A stretch of 62,836 bases of DNA, counting the filler, from Sphacelaria rigidula (Eukaryota): NCBI GenBank assembly GCA_964200075.2. It is 11 parts of 11 records of this genome, joined end to end, with 100 filler letters (N's around TTAATTAATTAA, not from the genome) between each part and the next. Parts side by side here need not be neighbours in the genome. Positions count along the whole stretch, not along the records: positions 11,445 to 17,066 come from CAXNAA020025780.1; positions 17,167 to 22,788 come from CAXNAA020025781.1; positions 22,889 to 28,510 come from CAXNAA020025782.1; 8 more parts are not named here. The stretch is one strand, 5' to 3'. Within the stretch, counting starts at the first letter, position 1. Every line of letters starts with the position of its first letter. Positions 12,611 through 25,258 of this stretch are shown here, piece by piece. Below the pieces are notes generated by a model. The model saw nothing but the letters and a program-made list of their open reading frames with translations. It did no database searches and was not told the origin of the DNA. The position numbers and the translations under genes are program-made.

Positions 12611-13999
12611 CCAGTGTTGTTCCTTTTCGATAATATGGAGGCGGTGTTTTGGCAGCTTGGGCGTGAAGAGCATCCGCACCTCGCGTCAGATGACTCCGAA
12701 ACTTGGAGAACGTGTAGATTGTTATTGGAGGAAGGAGTCACTGTCACAGCTATAGCAGGGGAAGTCGCTGATGGCCCGGTCTGCATTTATACGGTGGATA
12801 GTCACAGGGTGTACGATCACGTTTTTCAACACCCTGCTGTCTGATGACGATTTCAGTGGGTACAGTGACAGTTGAGCACGCTGACTGTGCAATGGATCCC
12901 GCCGGCCTCGCATCAATTGTCGGCCAGTTAGGGATGAACGCTCGAAGAAACCCAGCAAACAAGCATCGTTTATGGTCCGCTATATATGTGAGGGTTGGGA
13001 GGTGAACGTTTCCGCTGCAAAACGGGCGACAGTCGAAGGTTGAGCTCCTGTCGCGCGACCAGTGGGTTGCGCGACGGGCCCTTGCCGGCGTACCTGGTAC
13101 TGGAGGCGGCATCCCGGTACAGACAGTCCCACCACTACCGGCACGGCCGTGCAAACAGGCTGGCAGCCGGAGTGGGCGTTGCACTGGTATTCTTCTAGCG
13201 TTATCAATTTGAATTATCTCCGCAGAGGCTTTGCAGGTGAATATTTCGGTGATTTCCTCAATTCCACTTCGGCCATATTTTGACGACAACGCCACGGTCC
13301 CACTGCCCAACTTTATATGTGAAAATGTAACAAGATGGACACGTAAAAAATGTGTACTGTGCAAAGTACTGAAATCTGTTGTCGAGTACAGCTGCAAGAC
13401 GGTCGGGTTACGAAATCTGGACCTGCGACGGGTGATATTACCCGTACACATTTTTTGGCAGCAGAAGCGGCTGGGTACATGTTGTGGTAAACTGCGGAAG
13501 ACAGGTGGGAATCACTGCCGGGCAGAGATATACGAAGGATGTTACGTTCTGCGGTGTGCCGTATCACCTTGCACGTTGCTGCTGTGCATCGAGCACGTTG
13601 TGCAGGCAGCTACAGGCGTCACTGATGCGGGTGGTGCGCAGTCTCCAACGCAGGCGGCCCGCAGTATATGATGTGCTGTACTGTATCACTTGTGTTCAGA
13701 CAAGTGCAGACGGGGTGGGGACCGCATGTATATAACCCTTCAAGAACTTCGTCGTGCACTACCGAGCGGGCACGTTTTTTCAGTAGAAATCGCTTGCAAT
13801 GTATGCTGTTGCATAACTAGCAAGCGATGCAGCCTTCTCGACGTCCGCAGACCGCCCGTGAGACGAGCTCTTGATGGTGGAAGTGCCCGCCCCTCTTTCC
13901 GTGATGATCTCCAGCCTTGGCCTCAGACAATTGGAACCTTCGGAAGTTACACGTATCGTGCCCTAATCCCTCCATATTATCGAAAAGGAACAACACTGG
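12611..13999. mobile_element. 1.39-kb non-autonomous TA-target (Tc1/mariner-type) DNA transposon
   Basis: Perfect 31-bp TIRs CCAGTGTTGTTCCTTTTCGATAATATGGAGG (12611-12641, 13969-13999) flanked by TA on both sides; no recognisable transposase inside. Confidence 0.85.
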
Positions 14000-14119
14000 T
14001 ACTACACTCGAGTTAAGATTTGTCGTAAGTCCTTCTGCACGCAGACAGTACAGACTGCACGTTGTTCAAATCTTGACACTTTCTGTATCCAGACTAGCTA
14101 AACAAGTTGTCTCGTGCGT

Positions 14120-14474
14120 GTTGTGTGTATTGTCGTCCGTTCGATTCTCGATACCGGTCTCCACCTTTGGTATATGTGGGTGTATCAGCTGGAGTCACGT
14201 AGGCGGAAGGTCAACACAGGAATTTTTCTTTTTTTATTCGTATTTAGTAACTTATCTTCCTTCCGCGATGCTTGACTTTTTGTTTTATCGCGAGAAAGAT
14301 ATAGCAGTCTTTTCCCCTCGCCGACCGTGAAGTCGGATTTTGTGTACCCACGACATCGTCGCTCTCCACTGTTGGGCATGGTGTGAGAAAAAATCTCAGA
14401 TCATCCCGAGATTCGAACCCACGGTCCAACCGTCGAAAGGTCCTGAGGTTACCAACTGAGCCACCGGGGCGGCC
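14120..14474 (-). mobile_element. tRNA-derived SINE
   Basis: Minus-strand head GCCCCGGTGGCTCAGTTGGTAAC (A box) ... GGGTTCGAATCTCGG (B box), conserved body and CA-rich tail; four copies in this window. Confidence 0.85.
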
Positions 14475-14600
14475 GGCTTGTAGTGTACTGACTAAACATC
14501 TTATTATTACAGGTGGTGTCTACTAATACTCGTGTACTAATTCCCAGAATAATGCTGCGGGGGTGCGCGTGTGAAGTGAGGTGAAGTGACCCATCATGAA

Positions 14601-14927
14601 GTGTGTTGTCGTTCCATCTATTCTGGACGCCGGTCTACGCCTTTCGGTACATGTGGGCGCACCAGCCGGGGTCACGCAGGAGGAAGGCCAACACAAGAGT
14701 TTCTCCCTCTTTCTTTCTATTGTAGTACTTCACTTTCCTTCTGCGGTGCTTGTCTTTATTCTGTCATCGCTTTCCCTCGTCGACTGTTCGTGTACCCGCG
14801 ACATGTAATAGTCACTCTCCACTATTGGGCATGGCGTGAGAAAACATCGCAGATCACTCCAAAAATTGAACCCACGATTCAACCGTCAAAAGGTTTCGAG
14901 ATAGCCTTTTGAGCCACCGGGGGGACC
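14601..14927 (-). mobile_element. tRNA-derived SINE (second, tandem copy)
   Basis: Shares the body (CCATCTATTCTGGACG, GGGGTCACGCAGGAGGAAGG) and a degenerate tRNA head with the other copies. Confidence 0.8.
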
Positions 14928-16277
14928 GGCTCATCAGCACATTAGAGCGTTTGGGATCTTTGGACCTCCAGGATGGAAGGTGAAATCTTCAGGACGCGAG
15001 CTGACGTGGTGTGGCTTGACGTTAGTTCATCTTTCGCAACGATTGGCCGCAGGGTTACCCACCAAATGTGCGATCGACCAGCACCAGATTCGAAAATACG
15101 TTGGTCCGCACAGCACTGCACAGCAACAGGTCTCCTTGATAATACACGGACATATGAACTACTGTTGTATTGTGCCACTCCCTGGGGAAGAGTAGAGAGT
15201 ACCGTACCATACACAGCACTACGGTGCACTGCAAACCCCACGTTACATTGCGGCACGGTAAAGCACAGAGATACTGTACATCCACCACGGCAGTAGCTTC
15301 AAATCACGAAGCCGCATGGCAACGATGGTGGAAGACGCCATGACCTGTAACGGAACGGCAGTGTAGTCAGGTGCAGTTTTGATTGCTTCTGTAAGGTAGA
15401 CAACGAATCGTTCATACCATCTCGTTCCAATAGGGAGAAGCTGTACCCCGAGGCAACATCTTGTGCGCCCCGAGCATTAAAATTTCACGCAATGCAACCA
15501 AGTGAAAGCTGATATCATGGCGGCGGCAGGGAGGTCGTCAGTCTGCGATGCCGAGCGTTGCTGCTTCTTGACTGGTCCTTCGTGAGGGATCATAGTCGGG
15601 CGGATGTCCCACTTTGCTTGTCAGGTTATATTGGTTGTGAACTGTGACTGTGGCAGGTGGTGGGAGTTGTGATTCCCCTCGGTTCCGTTCTGAGTTGCGA
15701 AGGGGCACTTCGTACTCCAGGATGAAAGGCTACTCAAAATGAAGCTTGGATCCTGAGAAGTTGATTCTAAACTTCCCCCTAGGATGTAATTTGTACCGTT
15801 GCCGGCCTTTCGCCCCTCCCTCTTGATCCTGAAGTGCGAGCGAACAGTTTCTGAACCTGTATGCTGACATGCTGTCTCCCAGTGGATTGTTCAGAAGGTC
15901 GTCAGAGTGGAGTTTGACCGCGGCTTTCGCGGAGTTGAAGAATTGCGGCATTCGCGGACTCGAAGTCGGGCGGACCAATCGAGGGACCCCTTCAAATTGG
16001 CTGGATTACCGTAAAGTTGCACATGGACGATGGATGGATGCACGATGCTATTGCACACTTACAGTCAGACATGTCAGAATAGGAACAGAGTTTGCGAGTA
16101 AGTGCCTGCATACAGCACACACTTGTACACAGCATACACCTGCATTAAACAACTTCGAAGACTGTTATACATTTTTCATGTTTTCACGTCCGTGTTCTCA
16201 TTATTGGGGCGCGAAACCGCTCTGTCCTTCCATCGCTCCGGATCCCCCTCCATCCACCTTGTATCCGTGCCATCTAG

Positions 16278-17066
16278 GTATCGCCACGGCCAACATCACC
16301 AGTTTCGGCTGAAGAGCACCCGTCACCAGCTGAAGAGACGACACCACCACCTGTGGTCGAGGAAGCAGTGGTACCAGCTGTCATTGAACAATCTTCCGCA
16401 GCAGTTGACGACGCAGCGGCGGCAATCGAACAAGAAGCGTCAGAGGCAATCGAGCAAGCGTCGGCGACAGCCGCGGCGGCGGCAGCAGCAGTGGTGGACG
16501 ACGAACCCGAAGACGAATTAGCACGAGAAACAAACGAAGAAGACACCAAAAGGCAAGTCGAAATGGTGCAGGCAGAACAAGAATCGCCAGCATCCACGAT
16601 GACATCAATACCAGCTAACCCCATCCAAGGCCTGATGAGCGGGGTCACGCAAGCGTCCACGGGGGTAATCGAAACTGCCACTACCGCAGCCACAGACGCC
16701 GCGAGGTCAGCATCAGCCGCCGTCGTGGACACAGCTACGGCCGCGGAGGACTCCATAACCGAGGCATTGTCGTCCGTCACACCAGAGGCGGAAGTGGAAG
16801 TTGCGGAACCCGTGGAATCAGCCATCGCGGAGGTCGCTGATGTCGCCGCCACCGCTAAGGCCTCCGTCACCGAGGCATTGTCGTCCGTCACACCAGAGGC
16901 AGAAGCAGAGGCAGCGGCGCCCGTGGAATCAGCCGACGCCGCTAAGGCCTCCGTCACCGAGGCATTGTCGTCCGTCACACCAGAGGCAGCAGCAGAGGCA
17001 GCGGCGCCCGTGGAATCAGCCGCCGCCGATATCGCCGCCACTGCTAAGGCCTCCGTCACAGAGGCA
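16278..17066 (+). CDS. Probable internal exon of a host gene: acidic Ala/Glu/Ser/Thr-rich low-complexity protein with ~34-aa tandem repeats; runs off the contig end
   Basis: Open for 263 codons after CATCTAG (candidate acceptor, also an in-frame stop); unit ASVTEALSSVTPEAEAEAAAPVESAAADIAATAK repeated about 3.3 times with frame-preserving indels. Confidence 0.65.
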
Positions 17067-17166
17067 NNNNNNNNNNNNNNNNNNNNNNNNNNNNNNNNNN
17101 NNNNNNNNNNTTAATTAATTAANNNNNNNNNNNNNNNNNNNNNNNNNNNNNNNNNNNNNNNNNNNN

Positions 17167-17357
17167 GAGATTAATGTTCCATCGAGAACATTGTGACCTC
17201 CGCCCGAACCTCAGACTGGAATTATTTCATGGGTCATGGATGCATGTTCCACCCTGAGACTCTAAAAAGTGTGGTGAGAATCAAAGGTGATTTGACATGC
17301 CTAAATCCCGATTTCCTCTCAGGCCGCAAAAGCGCAGACCCTATCGCAGCATCACTC
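17167..17357. mobile_element. Sola-like MITE family B, right-hand part
   Basis: Ends in AGACCCTATCGCAGCATCACTC, matching the TIR of the element at 59060-59317. Confidence 0.7.
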
Positions 17358-17900
17358 GGGGGCACTGCCAATACCCTGGTGTACAAATAGATGCCTAAAT
17401 CGGGTGTCCCCCGGAATGTGTTGTCCGACTTTTCCGGCAAACGTTCTGCTGCGGTCAGTGCACTATTGGGTTCCCATCGCATCTTTACAAGTCCGGATCA
17501 CCCCTAAACGAACGGTGGCACGGAACGTGTCAACCATACGATGGCGCAAATACTGTCAGCCGCCACAAACGAACGGCAAACAGGTTGAGATCTGCATCTT
17601 CCTTTTGTCCAAATGAACTACAACAGTTCGGCCCACGCCTCCACCGGCGTTGCACCAAATGAAATCCACATTGGTCGCATCCCGCGGCTACGGTTGACCA
17701 TCTTCGGGCGCCAGAACGGAAGCGGTCATCAGAGGTTGGACCGGGATATTAGAGAGTATGATGACCTCTCGAGTCATCGTCTGCGGTTGGCATATGGTTG
17801 GGTGCGCGAGCAAAACCAAATCAATTTGGCAAAAGCGATCAATGCCAATGCCACGTTGGATACGGTAATGCATAAGTGTCTCACGAGCAAAGTTATGTAT
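17358..17900 (+). pseudogene. Gypsy integrase core remnant
   Basis: GVPRNVLSD...TSPDHP*TNGGTERVNHTMAQIL...DLHLPFVQMNYNSSAHASTGVAPNEIHIGRIPRL. Confidence 0.85.
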
Positions 17901-17966
17901 TGGTTAGACGTGCAGGGTAGCCTGTAGATGGGTCTTATTGTCTGTGCAAGGCATTCTAGGATCCCC

Positions 17967-18364
17967 TGTAATAGTTCACCACGGCTACACTAGTTGTGAA
18001 GTAGCTCTATATCACGGATAAACCCTGCCTGTATGAGTCCGATGTAGTGAAGAGACGGGGCGGGCATGCACAGCGTAGAGCATGTAGGTTATTCCTTGGT
18101 GAAGGGTGGATGGTGTCGTATTCAGCGGTCAATAATGGTGGAGTGCAGTTCAGTTGTCGTGAGACGATATATCATATTTGCCCTCGGATTGGAATGATTC
18201 AGGTCGTTCTTGCTTCTGACCTCGTGTGCGCTCGCAGGTGGATAGCGTGTCTTTATCTTTTATACATCGTCATAGAGCTGTAGAATGGTTCGGCAGACCC
18301 ACAATCGTATTACCCCATAGTCTTTTATACAGGGTCATTATCCACCTTGTAACATCCCCCCTCG
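17967..18364 (-). repeat. Candidate 3' LTR (~388 bp) preceded by a polypurine tract
   Basis: Minus strand reads GAGGGGGGA then TGTTACA (18354) ... TATTACA (17967); no matching second LTR in the contig. Confidence 0.4.
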
Positions 18365-19955
18365 GAACCTTCGCCAGATGTTTTACCAGGTATAACCTTT
18401 TGAGTTGAGACCAGTGCAATCGAACTCGGTACACACTTCTCTATGACTTTCCATCGGGAAAGTACGGGATAGAGACCCGTTTCGGCTGCCTACATTCATG
18501 CACACTTCTCTATGGCTTCCCACCGGGAAAGTACGGGATAGAGGCCCGTTTCGGCTGCATCCAAATTCGGCTGCCACCCGTTTCGGCTGCCACCCGTGGG
18601 ACCAGATAACATTCTCATCTTCTACTGCATCTCTGCGCTCGAGTGAATGTTCCACTCTTGTGCATCCTGCATGGGGTTCTCCACCTGTGGATCACTCACT
18701 CGGGGAGCTGCGCGTCTAGTGGCATGACCTCTACTACCTAGAGCTTGCAACCCGTTGTCGATGTGTACTGGATATCACTCACTCTCAACTACTAAATTTA
18801 CGCAATTCCCTCCTACTGAATTACAACCACTCGTCGTTCGGGTATCTGTAGACTTCTGTCACTCAAAATCAGATTGCCGTGTTTCTGTCACTCAAAATCA
18901 GATCACCAGCCACAATGTGTTTCTTCATTCTCAACAAGCACTTAATCACGACAGCACTTGCTCCTCGACATCAGTACCCAACTCGGCGCTCACCGCAACA
19001 GCAAACACCTCAGGTAATGCTTTCTTTGTAGCCCTCCAGCCCGCTCCTGAGAGACAGCAGCACTCAAACCACAACCCCGTGCACAGCGTAGAGCAGCCTT
19101 TCCTCTCGGACACTCCCTCCTTGCACCTTCAGTCTAGCTACACCTGGCACCCCCATGGTGTAACTCAACACGCCTCTAAAAGGTATATTCGCACCGCCAA
19201 ACCAATGCGACAGATCTTCCGCCCCTACAGATGCTTGCCCATTCACGAACGCTCGTTCTTCAGTCGCTTTTACAGAGGAAATAAGAGGCAAAACGGGAAC
19301 ATCCATACAGTCCTGCACAGCAACACCTCCCGATGGCATCACGCCATCCTTCTCCAGCACCTGACCGTACAGCGGCAAAGACACCGCAATCAACGCCGCC
19401 AAATACGCCAAACCTGTCCATGCATACAGCAGTGCACACGACCACCCCAACACCACGCGACGCTCGTCGTCGTCGTCAGAATAGTGATCGCTTATAGCAT
19501 TACCAGCTTGCAGCTCGCTCTGCGTCCCCGCTTCACGCGGGTCACACGCCCCTATTGTTTCGATCATACAAGGCGTGTCCACAGCTGCGCGCTGCTCCGG
19601 CGGCGATTCCGCCAACCCGGCATCCACCTGTCCTTCAAGCAGACACCACTGCGAATCATCTGAACGATCTCCCGCCATGTCACTGGCGCAGATAGATTCA
19701 CCCTGAGAATCGTTGGCCCCAAGCTTGCTCTGCTCACTCTCATCACGACGATAACACTCCCTTGCAGCGGTGAGCATGCAAGGTGTGTCCCCAATCACGC
19801 TCTGGTCCGGCGGCCACAAGCAACCTGGACCTTTGCCGCTCAGCGCTAGCTCATTGGAGTAAATTGGCTTCGCGCTTCCAACAGCAGCGGCAGCAGCCGC
19901 AGCAGCGGCAGCAGCGGCTGGATCATCTATTCCCGCTTCAGCCACCACCTCCTCC

Positions 19956-20729
19956 TCAGCGCCCTCCTGAACGCCAACGGCGGCAGCTGAGCTGCCTGCA
20001 GTCCGCTCGAGCTGCGTGGCACGTTCGCCCTCTCCAACAGCAATACCAACAGCATCCAAAACCAATACTTACCGTGGTACTGTCGGCGGGCGCGCTCTCA
20101 TACCTACCCGTTTTGACAGACACGTGCTGCGTTTCCTTTCCGCTCTGCACAGTGGAATCAGCTGCCCGGTATCGTGGTTTAAGAGGCACCCTACCGACTG
20201 CACGTTCAGCGGGTGCACTATCGCGCCTATCCACTCGGGCAGACACATGACTCTCGGCTGTCACAGGGCAAGCAGCTGCCCTGTATCGTTGCTTCAAACG
20301 TGGACCACCTACTGCACGTTCGGCGGGTGCACTGTCGTGCCTGCCCCCTCGGGTAGAAACATGCTTCTCGACTTTCACAGTGCAATGCGCCCCACCGGAC
20401 GGCGCATGCTTGCGCAACGCAAAAAGCAACTGCGCGTCCTCAACATCATCATCATGTTTCAAGAACGTGTCACAGAGACATTTCGCAATATGTTTCGGCA
20501 TGAGCTCAGAAACTGCTGCCACCTCAAAGAGATTTGTCGACCACGCGTTCACCTGGTCTACATCTCGCAAATATTGCTCGTATTTGCATAAAAACTCGGC
20601 CGATTTCTCGCTCGAAAACTTGCGGCCGTAGGACGGCATCTCCAGCGCCAGTACAGGAACAACACGACCGTCGACGATGACATATTCCTGCACCTCATCC
20701 ATTTCGGTCAGCAGTACAGCACTCCACAC
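19956..20729 (-). CDS. Gag-like retroelement ORF (probably degenerate) with ~38-41-aa internal repeats; overlaps Ala-rich ORF 19064-20065
   Basis: PSYGRKFSSEKSAEFLCKYEQYLRDVDQVN helical N-terminus; repeats HVSxRxxRxDSAPAERAVG; located among Gypsy debris. The gag call is an inference. Confidence 0.4.
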   Translation of the reverse strand: MWSAVLLTEMDEVQEYVIVDGRVVPVLALEMPSYGRKFSSEKSAEFLCKYEQYLRDVDQVNAWSTNLFEVAAVSELMPKHIAKCLCDTFLKHDDDVEDAQLLFALRKHAPSGGAHCTVKVEKHVSTRGGRHDSAPAERAVGGPRLKQRYRAAACPVTAESHVSARVDRRDSAPAERAVGRVPLKPRYRAADSTVQSGKETQHVSVKTGRYESAPADSTTVSIGFGCCWYCCWRGRTCHAARADCRQLSCRRWRSGGR

Positions 20730-21548
20730 TGCCTTTTTGAAAAACGAAGTCGCCTCCCACTCACAGGAACAACAACTCTCTCCTTACACCGAGACGCGCT
20801 GTACCACCTTACAATGACAATGGCCACCGCGCCTCTTCCTCACGCAGGTCTCACCACGTGTTTGAAGTCCTTAGACTCGTCTTCCTGGCTGTACCTGGCC
20901 AAGCGTGGAACAAGCAACTCTCGCTGGCTCCACCAGGCAGTAATCGCCCCGCTTTTTTTGGAACGCTCTCACGGACTCGCCAGCTGTCGATGAACGCCCC
21001 GCACCTCACGTACGAGCGATACCACAGCCCGCCCTAGCACTGCCTCAGAACTTCCTCGGCTCTACTTCTCCAACTCCTCACGACGTTAGCACGCCTTGAG
21101 CTGGTCTTGTTTGCTGAAAATTGGTCAGGCCTGCAGACTCCCCTATCTTGAAGTGTCAGCTGCTTTTCAGCGGACCTACCGCCTCAGCGGACTTAATAAA
21201 CGTTCATTGTAGACTTCTGTCACTCAAGATCAGATTGCCATGTGGACTCCTCCCATCACGGGCACATGGACTTCAGCAGCTTTAGTTATTCATGTATTAA
21301 CTCTTAGCATAGTACAGGAGAACAGGACCATAGCCTCTCGCCACCAGAGTAGCAAAACCGGCTCTACTCGTCGTCATGGAGGTCACCATCACAGAGCCCG
21401 GCAATCAGACCCGTAACTCCACCTACAAAGTCCCTGACCTTAGGTAACTATGGTGGCTAGGTCTACATATCTCACGCGCCAGTATTGATCAAGGTAATCA
21501 TATACCGCACCTGTCTCTACTCTATCGCCGACGTTCCCGGGACGTGTC

Positions 21549-21914
21549 TTATGATGCTTGCACTCCGTCTCGGTCGAGCCTTTTACTTATTTCCTGTTTG
21601 GCTTCTGTGACTACCTTAAAGTGGTCTGGTTCACGTTTTATCGTTTGTTTCACGGAATTATCTGGACCTAACGCGGTGTCAGTCCCGCTCATTTGTCGTA
21701 CGAGAGTGTCTAGGGCAGCCGGAGGAGTACGGCCAAAGAGTATTTTGAATAGGGGTATGTTGGAAGGGACGGATGGATCTGGGAGTGTACGTTTGGTTGA
21801 ACACGTTGGGTCTACGTACCCGTCCCACTTGTCGAACAATGTATCATGCATCCATGCACCTGCCCTCTCAACGGTACCTTGACCTCCTGAGTATTTTGCG
21901 GGTCGGTAGCCCAT
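21549..21914 (-). pseudogene. Gypsy integrase C-terminal core remnant
   Basis: GQGTVERAGAWMHDTL...KWDGYV...PLFKILFGRTP. Confidence 0.65.
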
Positions 21915-23330
21915 TGATACCTCAAGTCATCTACAAAAACACCTCACTCTTGCTGCTGCGGAATCCCCCCTTTTTGACGGCGATTCAGTCTAGGCATAAC
22001 GAACGTTTGACACAGGATCAATAACAGAATACGGGCCGCCGGAATCGACTCTTTCGTCGGTCGGGGGTAGGCAACAGGGTTTTGGTGCCCAGTCGATAAC
22101 CTGTGGTATGTATCGATTACCAGATGTATATATGCAGTGAATGTCCTGGAAGTCAATCCCCACTATCAATCAGAGCTACAAAAGGCCACTCTTGAGCGTC
22201 GTTATCAGTTGAGACCGGCCTTTTCCCAGCGTGTGCACCCGTATGATCGAGCGTACTCCCGGTAGTCTCTGTTCGTACTGTTCGAGCAGAAATGACACTG
22301 CAAAAATAGCATGGTGTGTGCTAATTCAGTGTGCTCGTATTCAGTGTGTACCAGTTATGTCAGGTCACGAACCAGTTGTCGCTGGATGACTGAAGTTGAC
22401 TTATTCTAATCACCGTTACCCACAACAGTCCCTGGTGTAGTACTCTGGAGCGTTCTTCGAGTCTTCCTTTCGTATCGTTGAATAGAACAGCTCGTGTTTC
22501 GTTAAGTTCTGGACTGTTGTTTCTTTATTCCCCCCTCTTTTCTTTTCTTGACTAACTTTTAACGACTACACTGGGTAAATCGGGGAAAGTGCTGATAGCG
22601 TTGGGTTTTCGGACATGAAACTGGACGTATTCGGAACACAACCCGCAGGTGTTAAACACCCCTTGCAAATTACTGTAATAAGATACCATATCTGGTTCAA
22701 CACTTTCAGGCATGAAACGCTATGGGTGTACTCATGATCATGCATGCCATAGTCACAACACCATTGACCTCGCATCCCTACAATGCCGNNNNNNNNNNNN
22801 NNNNNNNNNNNNNNNNNNNNNNNNNNNNNNNNTTAATTAATTAANNNNNNNNNNNNNNNNNNNNNNNNNNNNNNNNNNNNNNNNNNNNGTCTTACAGAAG
22901 TCACAGAACTGTCGGGTACGGTACATACCCGGAAAAGTACCCCGGGTATACAGGAAAACGTGCCTTACAGAACACAACCTTGCAATTACCAGCACTGGTA
23001 CACAGACCTTGGACTAACGACCACTTCCAGACCTGTCACATTTCTGAACCTACACGCAGGTCTGGGGTCCAATCTGTACAGAACGGGTTCACGATAGGAC
23101 TCAGGACTGGTCGTTATGGGGCCAATTCCTTGGCAAAAAGGATTGTGAAAAAGGGGATAATCCCCTTCGTTCAGAAAAGACCTAACTTTTGGGTGCCGTA
23201 CCGTTTGATATCGGAGCTGTGGTGCATAACGGCCCGTGTGTAGGTGAAAACATATCGGATCGGGTCTGGACATGGCATCGGGTAGTTGGATTTCGGTTCA
23301 TGGTTGAAGGTAATCTAAAAAAAAAAGTCA

Positions 23331-23426
23331 AACCCCGGTGCAAGTAGTTCATTTCGATCGCGCATAGTTTTTTCAAGTAAATATTGATGCCGATTCAGCA
23401 GGTGACTTACCCTCGCGGTCAAAGGG
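23331..23426. mobile_element. piggyBac-like MITE copy
   Basis: ATTGATGCCGATTCAGCAGGTGACTTACCCTCGCGGTCAAAGGG; same family as 37114-37315. Confidence 0.65.
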
Positions 23427-25198
23427 TCAAAGGTCACCGTTTGGCACCCACGGCCGCATGGTGGCCGTGTGTATTACGCGTGTGGGTTCATGCAACAGAT
23501 ATACACTTTAATGATACTGTACACAGCCTGTGTACTTTAGTATCTAGTTAGCACAGGATATGACAATTGACTCACCATCAGAAACTGCAGTAAAGGTCCA
23601 ATTTGTGTGAATGAGTATAACGTTTGACAGGGCATGTTGTCTGGTCCAAGCTTCCAATTGCAAGACTTTTTCGCTCTGCAGCACTGCAAAACAGGGGTAC
23701 TCAATACAGGCAGCCCTCCAATGTGATGAATACCGTCACGTCAACACTCGGTGATGAAAAGCCACGCTGCAATCGCATAATCCAATGATGAACCTTCTGC
23801 GCATTCTACTTGCTGTGACTGCTACTGATACCCGTTCAACGTAATGGTGCGTGAATGTCCGTGGATTCGCGACGTGTGGGACAGCACGCACTCACGCACG
23901 CGATCGCACGACAGGTTATGATGCCGTTCACACCATCGCAGCAGAGTTCGGTGAAGTGGAGTAGAGTATCCGAGCAGTTAACAGCAGCCGGACGGAAATA
24001 CATCAGATACTTTGACTGCTGGCGGGATGAGAGAACATCACACGCGCCATCCTGACCCATCACAGACTACTGGTAACAAAGTGCAGACTCTGTGCTTGCG
24101 TTTCTCGCCACATCCTCTTGATGACGCGCGCATCATGTGTACACATGGGGTGTACGTACTTCATCCTTCAGACGAGACGAAAGCGTGTATACAGTACAGA
24201 GCAGTTCAGTAGGAATACCGCGTGTCTAGATAACACGAACGAGCGCAACAATCTTCACCTCAGCATGCCTCGACCAAAAGGATCACAATGGCTAGAGAGA
24301 AGATCCAAGAACCGGACGTTAAACAAGGGCCACCTGCCTGCTCTGCACGACTGTACAGGACGGCACAGTCGACACAAAATGGAAGACTCGTCGTGACACG
24401 ACAACAAAACAATACAGACTTGTAGCACATGTAAGTACCAACCGCACGTGTTTTCGAAATTTTCGACGCTGTCAGTCGTAACCTCACCGTTTGCTCCACG
24501 GTAGGCAATGCAACGGCCCGAGAAGCGGTATCCTTACGTCCTTCCACTCGATTAGACCCGGGCGCACCGGCCCTGGTGCTGGACATTTGCAGCTTCGAGT
24601 GCCTTTCATGAGTGATATGTCGGCACACGCAGGACACGAGCGAAGTATGTCAGCAAACGCACATGAGGCGGACCTGTCCAAGTTTTCATGTTTGCAATCC
24701 TTTTTGTACAGGACGCACGAGAGTCGTAAGGGTAACATGGTACACTGCAGTCCAATTCACAGCACAAATAATCGCCGCACGTGAAGAGCTACGGCCTACG
24801 TGACACAAGTACGTCTACATGGCAACTGCTGGACAACCGAACGTCTCACTTACAGCATACATCACTGGCTTGTATCCTCACCTTACAAGACCCGTTGGCC
24901 GTGAAACCAAGCCACCAGGCACAAAACCGTGTGCCTGGAATGAGGCACCCAGCGCGAGCGCTCCATGTACCACACCCACAGAAGTCTTCATTTTTCTATG
25001 GAGATAGGGTTGCGCCCGCGCCTATCTGCTCGGCACCAGCGTTCGGCGGAGGAATTAGACAACGTACACACGAGGCAGGGTAGAGATTGGAGATACGGAT
25101 GAGTGAGCACGACGAGGCAGAAGTTTTGAGAACGCCTCCATACCAACAACACCAACGGGTACTAAATGAGATTATGATCTACGGTGACATGCGCTTCG

Positions 25199-25200
<2 letters not shown>

Positions 25201-25258
<58 letters not shown>
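25201..25258. repeat. (TTG)n microsatellite
   Basis: About 19 perfect units. Confidence 0.97.

Noticed and set aside
14400..14474. tRNA gene
   Set aside because: A and B boxes are attached to the same conserved ~280-bp body in every copy, so this is a SINE head
16274..17059. Minus-strand 261-aa ORF as a second gene
   Set aside because: Most likely an antisense shadow of the GC-rich repeat exon on the plus strand
18755..19663. 302-aa plus-strand ORF
   Set aside because: His/Arg/Gln-rich composition typical of a shadow frame opposite the minus-strand ORF; no motifs
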